Positions 25,601 to 31,827 of a DNA stretch of 32,000 nucleotides are shown here, in pieces. The notes under the pieces are model-generated. The model did not search any database, had not been told where the DNA came from, and worked only from the letters and a program-made list of their open reading frames with translations. This DNA comes from Ktedonobacterales bacterium (GTDB taxonomy: Bacteria; Chloroflexota; Ktedonobacteria; Ktedonobacterales; JADMIN01): positions 1,890,001-1,922,000 of the forward strand of contig CP126532.1 in the NCBI GenBank assembly GCA_030167145.1. The letters are read 5' to 3'. The translations under genes and the position numbers were made by a program. Position 1 is the first letter of the stretch, and each line of letters begins with the position of its first letter.

Positions 25601-27004
25601 CCAGACGGCGCGAATCACGCGCTCGTAGATCGGGCGCGAGAACTTCGCCGTGTCAATAAACGCATCCAGACGCTTGCCGTTGAGCAGCAGCACATCGGCG
25701 CAGGCGAGGTTGCTGTGGCGGATGGTGACGTGAGGGTTAAGCGCGGCGGCTTTGAGATAGAGCGTCAGCGCGGAGAGCTGCACGGCGCGCAGGTCAATAT
25801 CTATGCCGAAGAGGTTGTGCTCGACGATGGCGGCGGGAATCTCACTGGCGTCGGGCACGGGTGGCGTCGCGGGCCAGCCTGGCTCACCGGCGCGCTCGAT
25901 CTCCTCCTGATACATCGCCGCGAAGAGATCGAAGGCGACCAACCCAAAGTGCATCGTGCCGCAGGCCGGATCCAGCAGCGTCATCTCCCGCACCGACCTC
26001 ATTCCCTCTCCCCCCTTCCCTCCTAGGGAAGGGGGGCTGGGGGGGTTAGGTTCCGCTCCCCCCTTCCCTCCTAGGGAAGGGGGGCTGGGGGGGTTAGGTT
26101 CCGCTCCCTCCTTCCCTCCCAGGGAAGGGGGGCTGGGGGGGTTAGGTTCCGGGACGAGCGAGGTGAGGGAGTCGCGCAGGCGGCTGTCGGGGTGCATCTG
26201 GAGCCAGAGGCGGCCAAGGGAGTTTTCGACCAGCGCGCGGACAATCCAGCGCGGGGTGAAGAGTTGGGTTGCGGCGGGAATCTCGCTGGCGGTGATCTTC
26301 GCGCCTTTGTTCAGCCGGGCAAAGACCTCGGCTTTCTCCTGCTCGTTGAAATACTGATAGATCCAGCCGATGGTTTCGTCGTCGGCCCAGGCGGGGGCAA
26401 CGTCGGCGGCGTTGACCAGCGCGAGCAGGCTGGCGAGGGCGCGGGGGCGCGGGCAGAGGCGGCTGGGGAGGTCGGTGGGGTCGAAGAGCGCGCGAATCTG
26501 GCTGGCCATGGCGGCGCAGAGGTGCAGCAGGTAGTGGCGATAGGCGGTGTCGCGCGGGCCTTCGCCGAGGGCATCGAGCGGCAGCGAGCCAGATTCATAG
26601 CGGGCGTAGTCGTCTTCGTGGCCCGGCTCGGTGAGCCAGAGCATGAAGCCGCCGGACTGCTGGCCCTTGCCGACGCTGGCCTTGATGAGCTTGCGGGCTT
26701 CGAGCATCTTGAACGCGGAGACGCGGTTGAGCCAGGTGTAGGCGACCTCTTTGGTGAGCTTGGCGACGGCCTCGCGCGGGGTGAGTCCGGCGGTCTTTTC
26801 GTCGGCCAGCAGACGTTCTAAGCGGGCACGGGTGTCGCGGGCGTCGGATAGCTGCTGGATGGCGGGGAGGGTATCGGCTGGCTCGAAGCGGCCATCGCGA
26901 TGCAGGCCATAGACGCCTTCGAGGAGGTCGGTTGTCTCGGTGGTGAGCAGGTGGCGGGCGTCGAGGGTGAGGTCGTGCAGGCGGGTGCGGAGCGTACTTT
27001 CCAT
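22649..27004 (-). CDS. second, intact PglX-like N6-adenine methyltransferase (1451 aa) between brxB and brxC
   Basis: The start is set at ATG 27004 (MESTLRTRLHDL...), because the 1640-aa ORF extension overlaps brxB. ETIGWIYQYF, FTPRWIV, motif I LLDPACGTMHF, motif IV VVAANPPYMG, IPGSPWVYQ, RFLRFWWEV, PIYWLLQSPKR and YDWSR are present. It contains 10 in-frame repeat copies, including a 4x C-terminal LTPQPPSLGGKGETD tail. Confidence 0.85.
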   Translation of the reverse strand: MESTLRTRLHDLTLDARHLLTTETTDLLEGVYGLHRDGRFEPADTLPAIQQLSDARDTRARLERLLADEKTAGLTPREAVAKLTKEVAYTWLNRVSAFKMLEARKLIKASVGKGQQSGGFMLWLTEPGHEDDYARYESGSLPLDALGEGPRDTAYRHYLLHLCAAMASQIRALFDPTDLPSRLCPRPRALASLLALVNAADVAPAWADDETIGWIYQYFNEQEKAEVFARLNKGAKITASEIPAATQLFTPRWIVRALVENSLGRLWLQMHPDSRLRDSLTSLVPEPNPPSPPSLGGKEGAEPNPPSPPSLGGKGGAEPNPPSPPSLGGKGGEGMRSVREMTLLDPACGTMHFGLVAFDLFAAMYQEEIERAGEPGWPATPPVPDASEIPAAIVEHNLFGIDIDLRAVQLSALTLYLKAAALNPHVTIRHSNLACADVLLLNGKRLDAFIDTAKFSRPIYERVIRAVWQRLRDANQLGSLLRLEDEIRAIILAERQRFRLEGQGRLPFPELRTLFEEDADDDEYWGILEAQIVQAFDEFARQQAREGIDQAYFAGEAVKGMRLLDVMLRRYDVVAANPPYMGSDNMSATMRKYLEVEFPASEDNLYAAFIDRCAQMLASGGRLAMITQQSFMFISSYEALRDKLRHLTAIETMIHVGPRAFAEIDGEIVNTTLFVLRAEPDAARRDHATGRYIRLVREPDAEAKRRGFERAVAAFQAGATDPAVYAYRQRDFDAIPGSPWVYQITPSLRSLFANLPKLVNSANPRQGLATSGNSRFLRFWWEVGISSIGFGCTSAEEAWYTGKRWFPHMKGGEFRRWWGNQEFVIAYDLPHFRILSERGNKLPSRQLYFHQGLTFTDLTSKGLSIRYMPAGFLFDHAGNCIFSEQSSILYKLLGILNSSVANHLLAVLNPTFHFYLGDLKRLPIPTVSSDTLRGLVERAIALARADSAEDETTYEFVAPPAWPDGLARVAARHAELAAIEREINEEVYRLYDISPADRAAIEADLSPQPPSLGGKGEEEDEVAAALAGGAREGEEEDEAAALAGDDRDAEKYEEADADADAINSADGESCANGAHASLSPLPSQGRGAGGDRSSLAARWVSYAVGIALGRFSPGILGALGNGVAPLPAPDGTPPAASLAITPLTLNSPLPVGEGLGEGSPIAVLDPGHPDDLAARVTHVLEVLLGDDKVEGLLATATGGRPLHDWLAKDFFKDHHKRYRKRPIYWLLQSPKRGYGVYLFAECVTRDTLHLLRGSRYLGGRIASVRRDIAEQRQRLPALPQGAERRRAERALEALESTLNDLEAFDKALAAVTTQPNARGETTGWAPELDDGILINLAPLHTLMPAWSTEPRQCWQALERGDYDWSRTAMRYWPDRVLAACRANQSYAIAQNLTPQPPSLGGKGETDLTPQPPSLGGKGETDLTPQPPSLGGKGETDLTPQPPSLGGKGEER
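22658..22833. repeat. tandem array of 4 GC-hairpin units (45-bp period), inverted relative to the 21914-22139 array, forming the C-terminal tail of the pglX paralogue
   Basis: Units start at 22658, 22703, 22748 and 22793. Each is CTCCCCCTTCCC-TCC(C/T)A-GGGAAGGGGG + CTGGGGGGTTAGGT. Two copies have loop TCCCA and two have TCCTA. 45 bp equals 15 codons. Confidence 0.95.
23529..23567. repeat. diverged variant of the hairpin element (CCCCTCCCCC-ACAG-GGGAGAGGGG), in frame
   Basis: GACCCCTCCCCCAG + CCCCTCCCCC ACAG GGAGAGGGGAG, translated as LNSPLPVGEGLGEGSP. It has the same tail-plus-hairpin layout and one stem mismatch. Confidence 0.6.
23728..23771. repeat. GC-hairpin repeat element, single copy, in frame
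   Basis: ACCTATCCCCCCCGG + CCCCCCTTCCC-TGGGA-GGGAAGGGGGG, translated as LSPLPSQGRGAGGDRS. Long tract class. Confidence 0.85.
23954..23994. repeat. GC-hairpin repeat element, single copy in the opposite orientation, in frame
   Basis: CTCCCCCTTCCC-TCCCA-GGGAAGGGGG + CTGGGGGGATAGGT, translated as DLSPQPPSLGGKGEEE. Confidence 0.85.
26008..26150. repeat. tandem array of 3 GC-hairpin units (48-bp period), in frame, directly upstream of MTase motif I of the pglX paralogue
   Basis: Units start at 26008, 26056 and 26104. They belong to the long tract class (C6/G6 stem, G7 tail). 48 bp equals 16 codons (PNPPSPPSLGGKGGAE). The third copy has one C>T change in the C-tract. Confidence 0.95.
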
Positions 27005-27108
27005 TGCGTGACGTGTCCTTCTCTTTCCAGTGTCGTACTCTCGTCGTTGTCTCGTGGTTTGCTCGTCGTACTCTCGCCGTTCATTTCTCAGCGAGCGCAT
27101 GATGACGA

Positions 27109-27690
27109 TCACCCGTAGACTTTGACGCGATAGTTGCCCATGGCCTCGCGGTTCTTGAGATCCATGAAGCGCAGGCCGACGGTACCCTCGAGTGTGCCGG
27201 GGTAGAAGAGGATGGCGGGGACGGCGGTGCGGCGCTGCATCTCGTCGAGTAGCCGCGACATCTGGTAGATGGAGGGCGCCATGGCTGAGGCGCGGGTGAG
27301 GAAGACGAGGTCGCGCTGCGGATCGAAGGGGCGCATGCGCTCGGCCAGGGTATCGGGCAGGGGCCGCCAGAAGGGATGGGAGAGATAGGTCGTCGCCTGC
27401 TCCTCGGCGGCGGCGAAACCACTCATGCGCTCTAGCTCTACCAGCGCATCCAGTCCTTCGGTCTGCGCGATGGTTTCCCAGAGCAGGCCAGCGAGCGAGA
27501 TGGTGTGAACGCGCTTGCCGGTCTGTGCGAGACTGTCGGCGAGCAGCCGGGCGCGGCGGCGCATATCCCACTCGGCCTCTGGCTCGTAGCGCAGGATGGC
27601 GAACGGGAGGTCGGTATGGTTGGCGATGCGCATCGGCGTGGCGGTGAGGTCGCGTTCGAGCAGGTCAAAGCGGTCTTTGAGTGAGAGCAT
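27109..27690 (-). CDS. brxB: BREX protein BrxB (DUF1788)
   Basis: 193 aa. MLSLKDRFDLLERDL...LPFAILRYEPEAEW...HTISLAGLLWETI resembles the DUF1788 family. GAGGAG lies 7 nt upstream of the ATG. It overlaps the brxA end by 26 nt and follows brxA as in BREX-1. Confidence 0.8.
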   Translation of the reverse strand: MLSLKDRFDLLERDLTATPMRIANHTDLPFAILRYEPEAEWDMRRRARLLADSLAQTGKRVHTISLAGLLWETIAQTEGLDALVELERMSGFAAAEEQATTYLSHPFWRPLPDTLAERMRPFDPQRDLVFLTRASAMAPSIYQMSRLLDEMQRRTAVPAILFYPGTLEGTVGLRFMDLKNREAMGNYRVKVYG

Positions 27691-28483
27691 GCGCGTACTC
27701 CTCTAGCGAACGGGTAGGAAACTCAACGCGGATGACCCGTCCAGCGGCTTGATAGGTGAGCAGGCGCTCCTGGTGCGCTTCGAAGAAGAGCAGTTCGACG
27801 GCGGGCTGCGCGAGGAAGAAAAGCTGCCAGGATGGGTCGTGCAGCAGCTTCGCGCCGGACGGCTGGTCGCGGCTGAGCAGCAAGGCGAGCAGGGCGAAGG
27901 CGGGTGGGGCAAGGTAGATGGGGCCGAGCCGCTTCGCGACCTTGCCTTGCAGGATGCCGAAGTCGCGCAGCGTTGCCAGCAGCCCGACTGCCAGGCGGCG
28001 GATGGTGACATCGGACCATGGGCGCTGTGTTTTGCCAGCGGCCATCTGTTCGTTGAGCCAGCGCACCACGTCTTCGGGTCGCACGAGGGTGTGCCCACGG
28101 GCGAGCATCGGCCCCAGCAGATCCAGCACCACATCGCGGAGCAGCGGGTCGGTGCGTGTCGCCAGCACGTACAAGATGGGGTCCAGGAGCGAACTGGGGG
28201 CACTAGAACTGGAACTGGCAAGGGTCACGAGCATCCGCAGGATCTCGGGGTCGGTGAGATAGCGCTCGCGGAAGATATCGAGCATCTCGGGGATGCGGGA
28301 ACGCGAGGCCTTGGCGAAGATGTTGTCGGCGCGCATGCGTTCCAAGTTGGCGGGCACAGTGGCGGAGAGATCCCAATGGGCGAGCATGAGTTTGGTATCG
28401 GGTAGGAGCGCGCCGACGTGATTGATGCGGGTGGAATAGCGTTGGGAGTGCTGGGAGTGCCCGGATTTAGCCGTGACTGCCAT
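27665..28483 (-). CDS. brxA: BREX protein BrxA (DUF1819-like), first gene of the locus
   Basis: 272 aa. YSTRINHVGALLPDTKLMLAHWDLS...NIFAKASRSRIPEMLDIFRERYL is consistent with DUF1819/BrxA. Its position immediately upstream of brxB supports the call. It is longer than I expect for BrxA. Confidence 0.7.
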   Translation of the reverse strand: MAVTAKSGHSQHSQRYSTRINHVGALLPDTKLMLAHWDLSATVPANLERMRADNIFAKASRSRIPEMLDIFRERYLTDPEILRMLVTLASSSSSAPSSLLDPILYVLATRTDPLLRDVVLDLLGPMLARGHTLVRPEDVVRWLNEQMAAGKTQRPWSDVTIRRLAVGLLATLRDFGILQGKVAKRLGPIYLAPPAFALLALLLSRDQPSGAKLLHDPSWQLFFLAQPAVELLFFEAHQERLLTYQAAGRVIRVEFPTRSLEEYAHALTQRPL

Positions 28484-28499
28484 GCGCCGCTTCTCTCTC

Positions 28500-28730
28500 G
28501 TGTTCTCGCTAGTGTTCTCGCGTTGCCCCGCCGGTATCGGTCGCCTATCTATAGCCTATCTGTCGCGCTAGCTTATGACGTGCAGGCGGAAGTATGCGAA
28601 AGATGGGCAGCGGGTACACATTCTATTATTAGCATACTATCTGAAAGAGCACTCGCGCGCAAGCGGAGAGGTATGGCATGGCGGGATAGAGCGGGCAATG
28701 GGGAACGAGATGGAGCGGGGAACGAGATGG
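28500..28730 (-). promoter_or_regulatory. brxA leader/promoter region with three unrelated short tandem duplications and one AT-rich patch
   Basis: GTGTTCTCGC x2 at 28500 and 28512. GCCTATCT x2 at 28543 and 28554 (11-bp period). GGGGAACGAGATGG x2 at 28700 and 28717. AT-rich 28617-28646 contains TAGAAT on the coding strand (28625..28620), but I found no good -35. Confidence 0.35.
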
Positions 28731-28806
28731 GGCCGGCAAGACAGAACGACGCGGCACACCTCGCTATGGAGGTATGCCGCGTCATGTCAGCGCGCGAATA
28801 GCACGA

Positions 28807-29565
28807 TTACGCGAGTTGGTCGGTGTCGCCGGGGCGACGGCTGCGCTCGAAGTGGTAGCAGACTTCGGTGAAGAGCGCAAAACGCGCTTTCTCCTCGTCG
28901 CCGCGCTGCTCGTAGCGCTTCGCGCGTTTGATCGCGTCGCGATAGTAGCGCTTGTCGGTCTTGTGATACTCTACCAGCTCCTGGCAGATGCCCGCGCGGG
29001 GTCCGCCGCTCACCACGCGCCAGATGCGGGTGAAGAAGCCCACCCGCGCTACCGGCTGCGTCGGCACGGTTTCGCGGTCGGGGAGCACTTCGTGGCGGAG
29101 GCGCAGAACCTGGCGCTCGACTTTGCGGCGTTCCAGCCACTTCGTCACGGACTGGCCGCGTTGGGCGGTGGCCATGCCGTAGAGCTTGAGCGCCTCATCG
29201 GCGTGACGGTAGCGCGCCCAGAGCAGCGCCCGCTGGGCGCTGGCCGCTTTGCCCTGGCGACGATAGCGCTTGGCCTCGCCGAGGCTGGAATGGCTGTTGT
29301 CATACTCACCACGCACAAGCCGCGCATAGTAGGCCGCGAAGGTCATGCCTTCGGGCAGCGTTTCGTCGGTCTCACCGCCGCCACGCAGCGCGGACTCCAC
29401 CCACTCGCGCGCTGTCGCAGCGCCCTCGCGCAGCCGCTGGGGCGCGCGCATCTGCACGGCGTATGGCCCGAACGCCTTCGCCATGCCAGCGATGCCGATT
29501 CCTGCCGCAATGGGCAGGATGCTCTTCTTTGTGAGACGCATTGTCTTGCCCTTTCTTCTCATCAT
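28807..29565 (-). CDS. hypothetical membrane-anchored or secreted protein
   Basis: The 252-aa ORF could start at ATG 29565, 29562 or 29541. It has an N-terminal hydrophobic segment (SILPIAAGIGIAGMAKAF) and a helical Arg/Lys-rich remainder with an internal AKRY(R/E)xxG repeat. I recognised no family. Confidence 0.5.
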   Translation of the reverse strand: MMRRKGKTMRLTKKSILPIAAGIGIAGMAKAFGPYAVQMRAPQRLREGAATAREWVESALRGGGETDETLPEGMTFAAYYARLVRGEYDNSHSSLGEAKRYRRQGKAASAQRALLWARYRHADEALKLYGMATAQRGQSVTKWLERRKVERQVLRLRHEVLPDRETVPTQPVARVGFFTRIWRVVSGGPRAGICQELVEYHKTDKRYYRDAIKRAKRYEQRGDEEKARFALFTEVCYHFERSRRPGDTDQLA

Positions 29566-29804
29566 CGGTCTAGATCACCGGTCTAGATCCCACCGCACTA
29601 CGTTCAGAAATCGTGCGCTGACGGACGCCCACCACGCGACCCGATCATGCGCACGATACTACGCGACCCCCTCCCCACCACTGCATCGTAAAACATTATC
29701 TTTGCGATTGTCAAGACTAGATACAAAACTGCATCAAATTCGATTTGCTGACGTTTTGACAGTGTGGCTCTGGCAGGTACGGAGACAAGCGATGGGGTTG
29801 GGCG

Positions 29805-30131
29805 CTATGGCTTGCAGACCAGTGTATTCGCGGGAAGGAAATAGGGCGCGAGCAGATACGTCACCTGACCAAATGGCTTTTGGTCGCGTGCGGGAAGCAC
29901 CACGAGCGCCAGTTTGCAGGCATCAATGAACGGCAGCCCGGCGGCCTGCGGATGGCCGAACGGCCAGAGGTCCATCTGTTCGAGGGTTTGCAGCCCGGCA
30001 GCCACCTTGCCGGCATCGCCCCACTGGTCGAATCCAGCGGCATAGAGGGCGTCACCCCATTCCTTGAGTGTCTTCCGTTGCAACGCACGCCAACCCGCAA
30101 GCTCCGCGCCCAGGCCCAGAATATATACCAT
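29805..30131 (-). CDS. hypothetical 108-aa protein
   Basis: ORF 29805..30197. ATG 30131 (MVYILGLGAELAGW...) has GGAGAAG 7 nt upstream. I recognised no family. Confidence 0.4.
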   Translation of the reverse strand: MVYILGLGAELAGWRALQRKTLKEWGDALYAAGFDQWGDAGKVAAGLQTLEQMDLWPFGHPQAAGLPFIDACKLALVVLPARDQKPFGQVTYLLAPYFLPANTLVCKP

Positions 30132-30283
30132 GTGGCGTCTTCTCCAGTGAGGGCCGCAGGATTGCGACCTGCTGGTGAAGAGCATACCGGACCGCAAGGC
30201 ATGGCGTCAAGCGTGATGGTGCGCGTGCGCTTTAGCTCGCGGCGTGTGGCTACCTGGGCGTGTAACACAGCGAGAGAGCGCCT

Positions 30284-30796
30284 TCACTGGCGAGGGTCCG
30301 CGTGGGACGACGCGAGCCGCAGCGCCTCCGCGCCGCGCGGAACCATGGCTGCCGCTAGCTCCGGCCCGGCATGGCGAGCCAGTAAGTCATAGGCGTATTG
30401 CTGCCGCAGCAGGACGCGGTATTTGTCTGCTGGGCCGATGGCGAGACATTGACTGATCGCGTCGAGGAAGATCTCTGGGTCTTTGGGGAGCGTCTTGCCG
30501 GATTCGAGCAGGCTGTAGGATCCACTGGTCATGCTGGGATAGCCGCAGTCGGTGAGACAATCTATCAATGAGAGCGCGGTGAGCGTAATTTTGGGGGCGC
30601 CAGGACGGTTCTGTCCGGTTCGTTCGCCATAGGTGACCCGCAGATAGCGTAAGAGTTCGCCAAAACTCTGAAAGTCTTCCTGGCCGACAAAGGGCGCCAA
30701 TGGTGTCGCATCGTTTGCTCTGCTGCTGGTTATGCCCCGTGTGTAGGTGCGCTTGTCTGATTCGGGCGCATTGGGGGGATGTCGCGGGGTAGCCAT
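30284..30796 (-). CDS. putative helix-turn-helix (XRE-like) regulator
   Basis: AGGAG lies 8 nt upstream of ATG 30796. FGELLRYLRVTYGE...ITLTALSLIDCLTDCGYPSMTSGSYSLLESGKTLP resembles an XRE-type HTH followed by a helical C-terminal part. Confidence 0.5.
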   Translation of the reverse strand: MATPRHPPNAPESDKRTYTRGITSSRANDATPLAPFVGQEDFQSFGELLRYLRVTYGERTGQNRPGAPKITLTALSLIDCLTDCGYPSMTSGSYSLLESGKTLPKDPEIFLDAISQCLAIGPADKYRVLLRQQYAYDLLARHAGPELAAAMVPRGAEALRLASSHADPRQ

Positions 30797-31214
30797 GGCT
30801 CATGCTCCTATGCTGTGTGTCGCGCGCGGCGACGGCAAAATGTGCGCTTGGATATCAGAGGGGTGATGTGAGTTCCGTTTGACTAGGGGTGGTGCGGAAG
30901 AGTCAAAAGGCGCATCGTTGGGGGATGAGCGTCGCGCCTGCTATTCGTCGTATTCGCTGCGCTCGCGTGTTCGTGCCAAACCGGATCTGAGCCGTCGCTT
31001 GTCTGCATACAACAGTGGTTGGCGCCACAGTGAAACCAGTGACGCAGTGGCAGCAGAGAGAGCGGGTGGCAACACGACACCCACCGCGCATGACATACTG
31101 ACCATAGCTGGCCTCCAAGGCACAAACACCGCGCATCCGCGCAACCGATAAACTCATCTCGCACGGTGGTATAGGCACGCACCACACGGAAGCTTCTCCG
31201 TCACCGTGAAGATG

Positions 31215-31232
31215 TCTTGACCACTGTCAAGA
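31215..31232. promoter_or_regulatory. operator-like inverted repeat TCTTGAC-CACT-GTCAAGA
   Basis: 7-bp arms with a 4-nt spacer, about 145 bp upstream of the HNH-like gene. TGTCAA..GATGT recurs at 31274-31285. Confidence 0.3.
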
Positions 31233-31376
31233 TGTTCTCATTGGTCAGAGTGTAAGCTATTCGGCCCATGGTTGTCAATAGATGTAATGAAAGTCTCCAA
31301 GACGATATGCAATTCGTGACGTGACGGTGACGCGCGCACAGATGATCGGCGGGGTGAAGAGAGGAGCGCCCGATTT

Positions 31377-31823
31377 ATGCCAGTACCCACGGACGAAACG
31401 CCTGCGCTGCGGCTGACCATCGAGCTGGTGCCCGCCACGTGCTGGGGCGCGAACGTTCGAGACGTGCTGCCGCGCGCCCGCTGGGACGCACTGCGGCGCG
31501 AGGTCTATGCTGCGTCGGGGCATCGCTGCGCTATCTGCGGCGCAGGCGGCAAGCTGCACTGCCATGAGGTGTGGGACTACGATGACGCAGCACACGTGCA
31601 GCGGTTGCGCGGCTTCCGCGCGCTCTGCGTGGAGTGTCATCACGTGAAGCACATCGGGCATGCGCGGTTGCTTGCCAGCCAGGGCAAGCTCGATTATGAG
31701 CGCATCGTCGCGCATTTTCTGCGCGTCAACGGCTGTGACCGCGCTACGTTCGCGCGCCACCGCGACGAGGCCTTCGCCCGCTTTGCGGAGCGTTCGCGCT
31801 ACGAGTGGCGCACGGAGTTCTGA
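31377..31823 (+). CDS. HNH-like zinc-finger nuclease-family protein
   Basis: CAICG(x6)HCHEVWDYDD...CVECHHVKH gives a CxxC...H-x-H-E...CxxCH arrangement, as in small HNH/His-Me finger proteins. GAGAGGAG lies upstream of the ATG. Confidence 0.55.
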   Translation: MPVPTDETPALRLTIELVPATCWGANVRDVLPRARWDALRREVYAASGHRCAICGAGGKLHCHEVWDYDDAAHVQRLRGFRALCVECHHVKHIGHARLLASQGKLDYERIVAHFLRVNGCDRATFARHRDEAFARFAERSRYEWRTEF

Positions 31824-31827
31824 ATTC

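Noticed and set aside
27005-27571. A 189-codon N-terminal extension of the pglX-paralogue ORF, which is 1640 aa as listed.
   Set aside because: The extension is Arg/Pro-rich nonsense that overlaps brxB in another frame. The PglX-type N-terminus (MESTLRTRLHDL...) begins at ATG 27004, just downstream of GAGAAGGA.
30879-31187. Four overlapping 67-100-aa ORFs on both strands in the HTH-HNH gap.
   Set aside because: They are mutually exclusive, Cys/Arg-rich, without RBSs or recognisable motifs. They are more likely non-coding.
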